64,000 nt of DNA from Nibricoccus sp. (GTDB lineage Bacteria > Verrucomicrobiota > Verrucomicrobiia > Opitutales > Opitutaceae). A program made the translations under genes and the position numbers. Under the pieces are notes generated by a model. That model saw only the letters and a program-made list of their open reading frames with translations, was not told where the DNA came from and did not search any database. This document shows, piece by piece, positions 48,567 through 58,200 of the stretch (positions are counted from its first letter, which is position 1; the number at the start of each line of letters is the position of its first letter). The DNA lies in the NCBI GenBank assembly GCA_047602425.1, contig JASGHG010000001.1, forward strand, positions 5,024,001 to 5,088,000. Reading direction: 5' to 3'.

Positions 48567-49673
48567 ATGAAAAACACGAAAGCTCCCTCTCTGCTCGATC
48601 CGCTTCCTCTCGGCGACTTGGTATTGCCGAACCGCGTCATCATGGCGCCGCTCACCCGCAGCCGCTCGGGTCCGTCCCGCGTTCCGAATAAACTCATGGC
48701 CGAATATTACCGGCAACGCGCGTCAGCCGGACTGATCCTCACCGAGGCAACCTCGGTCGACCCGATGGGTGTTGGTTATGCCGATACGCCCGGAATCTGG
48801 TCCAAGGAACAAGTCGAAGGATGGAAACTCGTGACCAACGCGGTGCACGAAGCCGGCGGCCGGATCTTCCTTCAGCTCTGGCACGTGGGACGGATCTCGG
48901 ATCCGATTTTCCTCAATGGTAAACTTCCCGTCGCGCCCAGCGCACTGGCCGCGGAAGGCCACGTGAGTCTTGTTCGGCCACAACGCCGCTACGTCACACC
49001 GCGGGCGCTCGAACGCGACGAAATCCCAGGCATTATCGAAGCCTACAAGCGCGGCGCGGCCAATGCGCTCGAAGCCGGCTTTGACGGCGTCGAATTGCAT
49101 GGGGCCAACGGCTATTTGCTCGATCAATTTTTGCAGGACCGAACCAATCGCCGTACGGACGACTACGGCGGTCCCGTCGAAAACCGCGCTCGCCTTATGC
49201 TCGAAGCGGTCGACGCGGCCATCTCGGTTTGGGGCCCAGGCCGTGTCGGCTTGCACCTCGCACCCCGCGGCGACTCTCACTCCATGGGCGATTCGGATCC
49301 CGCGAAGACGTTTGGTTACGTCGCCCGTGAAGCCAGCAAGCGCAAGCTCGCGTTTCTTTTCGCCCGCGAGAATCTCGCGCCGGGCCGCATCGGGCCGGAA
49401 TTGAAAAAGGCCTTCGGCGGACCGTTCATTGCCAATCAAGGACTCACGCCCGCCGAAGCCAACGCGTTACTCGCGAAGGGCGAAGCCGACGCCGTCGGTT
49501 TCGGCGTGCTCTTCATCGCCAATCCCGATTTGCCGGACCGCATCGCGACCGGCAACCCTCTGAACGCGCCCGATCAATCAACCTTCTACTCGGGTGGTGC
49601 GCACGGCTACACTGACTATCCAAGCGCCATGCTTCAATCGGCCAGATCTTCGAGTGCTGCGGTCGCGACTTAA
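48567..49673 (+). CDS. Old yellow enzyme alkene reductase (NemA-like)
   Basis: NRVIMAPLTRSR, YYRQRASAGLI, QLWHVGR, GFDGVELHGANGYL, FIANPDL, GYTDYP. Confidence 0.93.
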   Translation: MKNTKAPSLLDPLPLGDLVLPNRVIMAPLTRSRSGPSRVPNKLMAEYYRQRASAGLILTEATSVDPMGVGYADTPGIWSKEQVEGWKLVTNAVHEAGGRIFLQLWHVGRISDPIFLNGKLPVAPSALAAEGHVSLVRPQRRYVTPRALERDEIPGIIEAYKRGAANALEAGFDGVELHGANGYLLDQFLQDRTNRRTDDYGGPVENRARLMLEAVDAAISVWGPGRVGLHLAPRGDSHSMGDSDPAKTFGYVAREASKRKLAFLFARENLAPGRIGPELKKAFGGPFIANQGLTPAEANALLAKGEADAVGFGVLFIANPDLPDRIATGNPLNAPDQSTFYSGGAHGYTDYPSAMLQSARSSSAAVAT

Positions 49674-49839
49674 CAACTCGCAGCCTCTCAAACGCCCGGG
49701 CGCGTCTTGTCAGTTTTCATAGCGCGTCCGGGCAATAATTTTCCCTCCCGGCAGTGTCCGAAAACCAATGCATCATTCGTTGCTTCTTTATGCAGCCGGT
49801 CTCGCAAGCGTCACACACCTTTGAAAACAGCATCTCGTC

Positions 49840-49917
49840 ATGATCTTCATCGCCATATTTCTGGGCATCTTCATTCTCTTCACCGCGTGGGACAGCGCGG
49901 GTGAGGATTTTCGCTGA
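49840..49917 (+). CDS. Candidate 25-aa single-TM peptide MIFIAIFLGIFILFTAWDSAGEDFR
   Basis: Below the ORF-track cutoff; hydrophobic N-terminal stretch then acidic tail; many host-typical ATC/TTC codons. Confidence 0.4.
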   Translation: MIFIAIFLGIFILFTAWDSAGEDFR

Positions 49918-50068
49918 ATCGCCACGCGGTCTCCGTCCGCCTGTGCTTTCCGCCCTCGATCGCGGACGCGTTCAAACGGCGGTCAGGGCGGGAAATGTTC
50001 TTGGTTGCCGGAGCGAAAACAAGTTGGACACGCCCAATGGTTTCGCACCCTCTGTCTGGTAACCGAAA

Positions 50069-50935
50069 ATGCCACCACTCGCCTACTGGGTTCATAATCT
50101 CAGCCCGTTTGTCCCGTTTTTGCGCTTCACTGAAAATATCGGCGTGCGCTGGTATGGACTCGCCTATGTGCTCGGTTTTGTCGGTGCCGTATGGTTGTTT
50201 CAGCTCTATGCCAAAAAAGGCCGTTCGCAGCTGTCCGCCGACAAGTCGTGGGACCTGATCGTCGTGCTGGTCGTTGGCGTGATGCTCGGTGGGCGCCTTG
50301 GATCGTTTTTATTTTATCACCCGGAGGACCTTATCCAAGACCCGCTGAGTTTTTTCCGCGTTTGGGAAGGCGGCATGGCCAGTCATGGCGGCTTCATCGG
50401 ACTGGCCATCGCGATTGCGTGGTACGCCCGCAGCCAGAAAATGTCGTTTTTGCATCTTTCGGATGTCGTGGTCTCCGCTGGTCCGCTTGGGCTGTTTTTC
50501 GGCCGCGTGGCGAACTTCATCAACGGCGAACTCTGGGGGAACATCGTCGACGTTCCGTGGGCTGTTATTTTTCCGCTGAGTAAACCCGCTGGCACTCCCA
50601 TCGATCAGATCCAGCCGCGTCATCCTTCCCAACTCTACGAAGCGGCGACCGAAGGCGCGCTGATGTTCCTTTATGTTCAGCTTCGTTTCTGGAAAAGCGA
50701 CGTCACGCGCACGACACCCGGGCAACTCAGCGGCGAATTTCTCATCGGCTACGCTTTGGCGCGGATTTTCTGCGAACGCTTTCGGGAGCCCGACCGTGAC
50801 GTCACACTCATCCTTGGGCTGAGTCGCGGCACGTTCTATTCCTTTTTCATGGTTGTGGCCGGCATCGTCTTGATTGTGGCCAGCCGCAAGAGCGCCGCGC
50901 GCAAAAAACTGCAGGCGCCGCCATCGTCAGCCTGA
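50069..50935 (+). CDS. lgt: Prolipoprotein diacylglyceryl transferase
   Basis: VRWYGLAY, GGRLG, WEGGMASHGG, GRVANFINGELWG, RHPSQLYE, ERFREPD. Confidence 0.96.
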   Translation: MPPLAYWVHNLSPFVPFLRFTENIGVRWYGLAYVLGFVGAVWLFQLYAKKGRSQLSADKSWDLIVVLVVGVMLGGRLGSFLFYHPEDLIQDPLSFFRVWEGGMASHGGFIGLAIAIAWYARSQKMSFLHLSDVVVSAGPLGLFFGRVANFINGELWGNIVDVPWAVIFPLSKPAGTPIDQIQPRHPSQLYEAATEGALMFLYVQLRFWKSDVTRTTPGQLSGEFLIGYALARIFCERFREPDRDVTLILGLSRGTFYSFFMVVAGIVLIVASRKSAARKKLQAPPSSA

Positions 50936-51676
50936 ACAAGACTTCACCTCTACGCCGGCATCTTTCAACGCTTGGCGCAGCGTCTTCGCGAAATGCACCG
51001 CGTGCGGGCCGTCGCCATGCAGGCAAATCGTGTCGGCCTGCACGGCGATCTCTACGCCGTCGCGGGTTTTGACCACTCCGCGCTTCACCATGTCGAGCAC
51101 CTGCCCGACCATTTTATCGTCGTCATGATGCAAGGCGCCCGGCTGCGAACGCGGCACAAGCGAACCATCGGCTTGGTACATACGATCGGCAAACACCTCC
51201 CGTGCCACGCGCAACCCTGCGTTGATGCCCGCTGTCACGAGTTCGCTTCCGGCCAGCCCAAAAAGCATGAGTTGCTCGCCGGATGCCCGGACCGCCTCGG
51301 CCACGGACTTCGCGATGAGAGGATTGCGCGCCGCCATGTTATAGAGCGCACCGTGCGGTTTGACATGCGTGAGCGAGGTTCCGCTGGCGTCTGCGATTTT
51401 TTTGAGTGCACTCACCTGCCGAACCACGAGCGCATAAATTTCCTCGGGAGGCAGCGCGATGTCCAAACGGCCAAAATTCTCGCGATCCTCGAATCCCGGA
51501 TGCGCGCCGATACAAACCGACGCCAGCTTCGCCAGCCGCACGGTTTCTTTCATCGTCGGTTCGTCGCCTGCATGTCCTCCGCAAGCGATGTTGGCCGACG
51601 AAATCAGGGGCATGAGGAACGCATCCTGTCCCGCGCCTTCGCCAAGATCGCAATTGAGATCGATAGACAGCGTCAT
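50927..51676 (-). CDS. pxpA: 5-oxoprolinase subunit A (LamB/YcsF)
   Basis: IDLNCDLGEG, SANIACGGHAGD, GAHPG.EDRENFGR, HVKPHGALYN, TICLHGD. Confidence 0.95.
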   Translation of the reverse strand: MTLSIDLNCDLGEGAGQDAFLMPLISSANIACGGHAGDEPTMKETVRLAKLASVCIGAHPGFEDRENFGRLDIALPPEEIYALVVRQVSALKKIADASGTSLTHVKPHGALYNMAARNPLIAKSVAEAVRASGEQLMLFGLAGSELVTAGINAGLRVAREVFADRMYQADGSLVPRSQPGALHHDDDKMVGQVLDMVKRGVVKTRDGVEIAVQADTICLHGDGPHAVHFAKTLRQALKDAGVEVKSCSG

Positions 51677-52641
51677 GAATATTTCTCCGAGAGCCCTTCC
51701 TGCAAATGTCCCAAGGCGTGCTCTGCCGCGAGCAGAAGCGACTGCGCCTCATCCAACGAAATCAGTGTGAACATCAGACGGTCACCGGGCCTCAATTGCG
51801 CAAGCAGCGGCAGGTCCACCGAGGCAACCTCCGCAATCCGCGGGTAACCACCAATGGTCTGGCGGTCGGCCATGAGTACAATCGGTTGTCCCTCGGGCGG
51901 CACCTGGACCGAACCAAATGCCACCGCCTCGGAGACCATTTCGCGCGGCTCTTTGAGCAAAAGCTGGGCTCCAATCAATCGGAGTCCCATGCGGTCCGAC
52001 TTCGGCAAAACGCTGTAGCGTCCCTCGAAAAATTTGTACTGCGCCTCTTCGGCAAACCAGTCCCACTGCGCGCCCCGCACCACCCGGACCACCGGCTGCG
52101 TCGAATAGGCCGGCAAAACCGACGGTGAAACATGCCACCGCTCAGCGTCGACCGGCGTCGCGTGCAAAGCTGGTCCGATTTGCAACCGATCTCCCTTGCG
52201 CAACGCCCGACCCTCCACTCCGCCCACGCCGGCGCGCAGGTAAGTGCTCGCACTTCCCATCGCAGCAGGCACAACAAAACCACCCGCCACCGCCAGATAG
52301 CCGCGACAACCCGTTTCCAGGCCTGTGAGATCCAGTTCGTCGCCGGCCTTAACCATCAGCGGTTGCCACGCAGGCACAGCGTTGAAGCGCGCACCGCACA
52401 CGGCGATCAGCGCGTCCGAGTGAAAGCGTAGGACAGGACCCGCCATCGTCGTCTCCAGCAGCGCCGCACTCGCTGGATTGCCCACAAGCAGGTTCGCGAC
52501 GCGAGCCGCCAGGCGGTCCATCGCCCCTCCGTCCGGAACACCCGCGTTGAGAAAACCGACGCGCCCCAGATCCTGCACGGTGGTCATCGCCCCCGGCTTG
52601 AGCACCTCGGCAAAATTGCCCGCTGCGCATGGAGCCTTCAT
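51673..52641 (-). CDS. pxpC: 5-oxoprolinase subunit C
   Basis: TTVQDLGR, ANLLVGN, SDRMGLRL, GSVQVPPEGQPIVLMADRQTIGGYP. Confidence 0.92.
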   Translation of the reverse strand: MKAPCAAGNFAEVLKPGAMTTVQDLGRVGFLNAGVPDGGAMDRLAARVANLLVGNPASAALLETTMAGPVLRFHSDALIAVCGARFNAVPAWQPLMVKAGDELDLTGLETGCRGYLAVAGGFVVPAAMGSASTYLRAGVGGVEGRALRKGDRLQIGPALHATPVDAERWHVSPSVLPAYSTQPVVRVVRGAQWDWFAEEAQYKFFEGRYSVLPKSDRMGLRLIGAQLLLKEPREMVSEAVAFGSVQVPPEGQPIVLMADRQTIGGYPRIAEVASVDLPLLAQLRPGDRLMFTLISLDEAQSLLLAAEHALGHLQEGLSEKYS

Positions 52642-53315
52642 CCGGTAACCTTCTCAAATTGTCCCGATGTAATCGGATCGAACCGCACGCTATCGCCTAC
52701 CTTCAGCCAGGCAGGAGCGGTTTCTTCCGGCCGAAACAACCGCAACGGCGTGCGTCCCAACAAATGCCAGCCACCTGGCGTGGCCAGAGTGTATACGCCC
52801 GTCTGCGTCCCGCCGATCCCAACGCTGCCCGGCGGAACGGATGTTCGCGGTGAAGATTTCCGCGGCATGTGCAGTGTTTCCGGCAAACCCGCCAGATACG
52901 GGAAACCCGGGGAAAAACCGATCGCACGCACTTCGTAGCTCGCTCCGCTGTGGATTCGTATGACTTCATCGGTCGTTAGGCCTTTCCCCGCCGCAAATTC
53001 CGCCAAGTCGGGTCCGTACTCGCCGCCGTAGCAGACAGGTATGATTCGTTCGTCGCGTGGCAAGGGCTTGGCGATAGCAATCGTTTTTGCTGCATCCAAA
53101 ATCCAGGCACTAATCGCTTCGTGCGGTTTCGCCGGCCCGCTCCTCGCCCATTCCACCGGATTATAGTACACCGCGACTGTCGTATACGCCGGCACGATAT
53201 CGAAGACACCTGCGTGCTTTTTCGCTTCAAGTCCGCTGGCCAAACTGCGCACCTTCGCCGCATCGTCTCCGACCTCAATTAACACGGCGGAATCCCCTAG
53301 CGGAGTGATTTTCAT
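52638..53315 (-). CDS. pxpB: 5-oxoprolinase subunit B
   Basis: PLGDSA, DIVPAY, IPVCYGGEYGPDL, GFSPGFPYL, GSVGIGG, TPGGWHLLGRT. Confidence 0.93.
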   Translation of the reverse strand: MKITPLGDSAVLIEVGDDAAKVRSLASGLEAKKHAGVFDIVPAYTTVAVYYNPVEWARSGPAKPHEAISAWILDAAKTIAIAKPLPRDERIIPVCYGGEYGPDLAEFAAGKGLTTDEVIRIHSGASYEVRAIGFSPGFPYLAGLPETLHMPRKSSPRTSVPPGSVGIGGTQTGVYTLATPGGWHLLGRTPLRLFRPEETAPAWLKVGDSVRFDPITSGQFEKVTG

Positions 53316-53409
53316 GGCGGAAGCAGAAGACTGGATCGACGCGCTTTCCCGCGGTGGCGTCAATGACCATCGTGCGCGTTCACGAAACGGATTTCGCCGG
53401 CGACGAATG

Positions 53410-54006
53410 TCAGTCAATCTTGAAAAGATTCAACCCAGCGAGCGTGCCACCGGGATACTGCTGGAGCCGTCCGCCAGCGATTAAGCCGCCTAGATCGACA
53501 GGCGCGAAACCGGACCTCGCGAAAATCTCCGCCACAAGGGCATTCGCCTCGGCGTGATCACCCGAGAGAAAAATGACGCGATTCCCCCCGTTTCTGCGTG
53601 GATCCTCCTCCGCCACCGCGGTCGGAAGTGTATTTCCGGCCTTCACCAAACGTGCGCCTGGAACCAGGCTCGCAACGACTTCGCTCGAAGTCCGCCCGCC
53701 CAAATCCGCAAATACAAAACCGGGCAAGATGGCGTTCGTTGAGTCGATCACGATGCGATTATTCCAAGGCACCAGGCGCCCAAGTACCGTCGGCAGATGC
53801 GGCCAGGTGATCGCGAGGAAAACGACTTCGGCGGCAGCGGCGTCCGCCACCGTCCCCGCTTCTGCATTCGGACCGATCTTGCAAACCACGTCGGCTAGAG
53901 ATTCCGGTCCGCGACTGTTACTCAGGACGACGCGATAACCGGCGGCGGCAAAGTGACGCGCATAGGCCTGGCCAATTCCACCAGCGCCGAGGATTCCAAT
54001 TTTCAT
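53410..54006 (-). CDS. NADP oxidoreductase (F420-dependent NADP reductase family)
   Basis: IGILGAGGIG, SNSRGPESL, IVIDSTN, TSSEVVA...GARLVKAGNT, PVDLGGL. Confidence 0.9.
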   Translation of the reverse strand: MKIGILGAGGIGQAYARHFAAAGYRVVLSNSRGPESLADVVCKIGPNAEAGTVADAAAAEVVFLAITWPHLPTVLGRLVPWNNRIVIDSTNAILPGFVFADLGGRTSSEVVASLVPGARLVKAGNTLPTAVAEEDPRRNGGNRVIFLSGDHAEANALVAEIFARSGFAPVDLGGLIAGGRLQQYPGGTLAGLNLFKID

Positions 54007-54440
54007 GAAAGGATTTTGCTTTTGCTAGAAATAAAATGGAGAGGGAGCACAGGCCTCCAAGCAGTCCAACCATCGCGAATATGCAAGCTGGCCGGGTGGT
54101 ATGTCGTTTCGCGATATGCCGTGTCTCCGGCCGCCCGATCACGAAGTTTGGCGAAGCGCGTCTTGTTTACTGTCGAGAAATTTCGCCGTCTGATTGGAGG
54201 TTACGCCTAGATTGGCATGAAATCGGCGTTTTAAACCGGCACGAACCATGTAGGCCAGTGCACAAGCGCCCCGAACGCTACACAACCTTTAAGCATATCC
54301 ATTTTTGTATCGACAAAGTTGGTACACAAGACATCAACAAATTTGTAGAAAGCCTGTAAATTTCCGGGACGTGAAATTTTCACTCTAAGTTAATCCGTCC
54401 GATTCTCGATACCTCATGACGCCCTTATTTGCGCTTCAAC

Positions 54441-54725
54441 ATGAGCACACTTCTTCCCTGCAAGAGTGAACCACCTGACACGACCCAGGCCCTTGACCCC
54501 GGTGTTGTCACTCGGGAAAGGTTAGCTCTCGATCAACTCGCACGAGAAATGACTCAGGTACAAAAGCGTCTCGGTACGCCCGCCGAGAAGCATGGGGATT
54601 GTGAACTTGCCAGGGATCTCGGCCACGCCATTCGCAACAAGCTTCATGTACTTCGACTGCTGGGTGTCGTCGGCCGTACCAAACCGACAAAGCCCGACAA
54701 AAATCAGCTGTATCTGGATGTCTAG
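54441..54725 (+). CDS. Small hypothetical protein
   Basis: 94-aa ORF in an otherwise non-coding, lower-GC gap; helical. Confidence 0.45.
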   Translation: MSTLLPCKSEPPDTTQALDPGVVTRERLALDQLAREMTQVQKRLGTPAEKHGDCELARDLGHAIRNKLHVLRLLGVVGRTKPTKPDKNQLYLDV

Positions 54726-55201
54726 CGTCCGGTCAGGTCTCTAACGTCGTCGATTTTTCACTCGGTCTTTCCCGGGATAGCCGACCTAAAAACTCCGCTC
54801 GCGCGGTCGCGGCAATGAAGTTGAAGAACCCCAAAAGACCGCCGGAATCATTCGCATTTTCCGGATTCAAGTGCTGGTGAGAGTCATTTCATCAGACGGT
54901 GCTTGTGTAAATTCGCGGTGACGGCCTGACAGGGGGCGCAGGCGGTTCTTACTGTGTGAAGTTGGTCAAATTTGAGACAGCGGCGTCTTGTGCAATATTT
55001 CGGAACTCAGGACCGCGAGTTGCATCACCTCGTGAAGCTTGAGTCACCCACCGACGACCACCCACATACCCCGCTTGCCACGTTGCGTTCTTGTGGCGCG
55101 CAATCGCGCACGTTGACGCAGCCATCCGCCCCGCTTGACGAGGCTTTTCCGCACCAGAACCACCCACCATCTCCCTATCAACTGTTGAATGCATTTGGAC
55201 C

Positions 55202-58200
55202 ATGCCTACACCACCCACCACAAATAAATTATCCGCGGTCTGCGCCGCGTTCTTTCTCTGCTTAGTCTCGACATTTTTGTTTGTCCCCAATGCCGCCTAT
55301 GCTGCGTTTGGCCTGACCGACAACGCCACGACCTATGGCGTCGACACCGGCGCTGGACTCACGTTTCTCGTCAACAAAGCCAACGGCGATATCACGTCGA
55401 TTGTCTTCAATGGCGTCGAGTACCGCTCCACCACCGGCCGTTTTTCCCATATCGCTTCCGGCCTCGGTTCCGCCACCACCGTCAGCGCCAATAGCGATGG
55501 TTCTTCGTTCGTTAAGATCACTATTCAAACGAGCCCAACCAACGGCGTCGTCGCCAGTCTCACGCAGTACCTCGTGGTCCGAAACGGCGAAAACACCATT
55601 TACATGGCCACCTACACCACCGCCGAACCAGGTGTTGGCGAGCTGCGCTGGATCACACGCCTCAATTCCGATCTCATTCCCAACGGCCCCAAGCCCTCCG
55701 AACTCCGCAGCACGACCGGTGCGATCGAGAGCTCCGACGTGTTCGGCGTCGCGGACGGCACCACGCGCTCGAAATACTACGGCGACTCCATTACACACGG
55801 CAAAGACCGCGCAATGGATCTCACTTATTGCGGCGCGACCGGCCCCGGCATCGGCTGCTGGATGGTCTACGGTAACCGCGAGAGCAGTTCGGGCGGTCCA
55901 TTTTTCCGCGACATCCAAAATCAGGGCGGCACCGATCAGGAGATCTACAACTACATGAACTCCGGTCACAATCAGACCGAACCATACCGCGTCGACAATG
56001 TCCTGCATGGGCCTTACGCGCTGGTTTTCACCACGGGCGCGACTCCGACGCTGCCGATGGATTTTTCCTGGATGGAAAGCCTCGGCCTCAACGGCTGGAT
56101 TCCCGCCTCCGGTCGCGGCACGGTCAGTGGCACCGCCATGGGCGTTCCCGCAGGCTTCCAAGGTGTCGTGGGTTTCTCCAACGCCACCGCGCAGTACTGG
56201 GCCGTGATCGATGCCGCCGGCAATTACACCTGCTCTGGCATGAAACCCGGCACGTACGAGGCCACGCTCTACAAAGGCGAACTCGAGGTCGCCACCGATA
56301 CTGCGACCGTGACCGCCGGCGCTACCACTACGCTCAATCTCGTTTCCGCCGAAGCAACGCCGTCGACTATCTTCCGCATTGGCGAATGGGATGGCACACC
56401 CGCCGGCATGCTCAATGCCGACAAGATTACGCAAATGCACCCGCAGGACGTGCGGAATAGCCCATGGGGGCCGGTGACGTTCAACGCAGGTGTTGATGCC
56501 CCGTCTTCGTTCCCCGCCATTCAGTTTCGCGGTGCGAACAGCCCCAGCACGATCAAATTCACCCTCGCGCCGAACCAGATCACTGATCTCACTCTTCGCA
56601 TTGGTATAACCTGCGCTTACAATGGCGGGCGCCCACAAATCACGGTCAACAGCTTCACCTCCGCCGCCCCCGGCGCTTCGTCGCAACCGAGTTCCCGCAG
56701 CTTCACCATCGGCACTTATCGCGGCAACAATGCGCTCTACACCTACACCATTCCCGCCAGTGCGCTCGTCGTCGGCACAAACACGCTTACGATCAACCCG
56801 ATCAGCGGCACCAGCGACCTCGGCACCTGGCTGAGCGCGGGCTGGGTTTACGATTCCATCGAACTCGCCGGTCCGATCGCCACGCCAATCATCAAATACG
56901 CCGGTTCCTCCCCGCTCGTGGTGAGTGGTACGGCCGAGTCGGGACGCAATGTCACCGTTCTCCTCGACGGCGCTACTGTGCTCGGCACCGCGGTCGTCGC
57001 GGCCGACGGCACTTGGTCGGTGACGTATGGTTCGTCTCTGCCTGTCGGCACGCACACCTTCACCGCCATCGCCAGTGACAATACCGGTCACAACAGCCCT
57101 GCTTCCGCGCCGCTCGCTTTCAATGCCAGCGTCGCCATGCCCGCCATCGTCGCCGCTCTCGGCGATACCGGCACCTACGGAAACGGCGCCAGCACGTCGG
57201 ATCGCGTTTTCAGCTTCACCGGCACCGCTTCTCCCGGCGACACGATTTCGCTCATCCGCGTCGGCACCGGAGTCGTTGGCTCCGCCGTGACATCCGCGAG
57301 TGGCAACTGGTCGGTCGATTACACCAGTGTTTCGCTGCCCGATGGCCTTAATAGTTTCTACGCCACCGCGTCTAGCAGCTCTGGCACCAGCCTGTCGTCG
57401 GCATTCTTTTCGCTCAATCTCGCCGGACCACCTCGTATTTCCATCACCCGGCAAACGCCGTCCTTCGCCACGATTCCCAATAATATCGCGGGCGTCGTTT
57501 TTCGCGTCACATTCAACCACGCCGTTAACAACGTCACCCCAGCCGCGTTCGAACTCGCTGGAACTGGCACCGCCGCGGGCAACATCGCGAGCGTTTCCGC
57601 TTCCTCCGGTTCGGTCTTCGATGTCGCCGTCAACAATCTAACCGGCGGCGGTAACCTGCACCTCGTCCTAAAGGCGGCAAACGGTGTCACCGACGCCAAC
57701 GGTAATCCAGAATCTGGATACACTGCTGGCGAAGCCTATACACTTGTCATCACCTCCTTCGGCAGTGGCACCTGGATTCTACCGGAGAGTGGCGGTCTCT
57801 GGAGCTACGCCCTCAACTGGCAGGGCGCCGTCATCGCCGATGGCGCAACCTCCAGCGCAAATTTCGCCACGCTCAATCCCACGGCCAATATCACCGTGCG
57901 TCTCGACTCCCCGCGGACGCTGACCAGCGCGACCTTCGGCGACACCGATGTTGCCTCGGCGGCCAGTTGGACCGTCGACAACAATGGCAACGCGGCCAAT
58001 ACGCTCACCCTCGCCGGCGCCTCGCCCACCTTGACGGTCAACACGCTCGGCACCGGTGCCACCACTACCATCGGCGCAGGACTAGCCGGCACCACGGGCC
58101 TCACCAAAGCCGGCGCCGGCACGCTCGTACTTTCCGGCCAAAGCACGCTCACCGGGCCGCTCAACATCAACGCCGGCTTCCTCCAACTCGCTCCGGGAGC

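Noticed and set aside
55262..57520. 752-aa minus-strand ORF
   Set aside because: Antisense shadow of the PL4 lyase gene.
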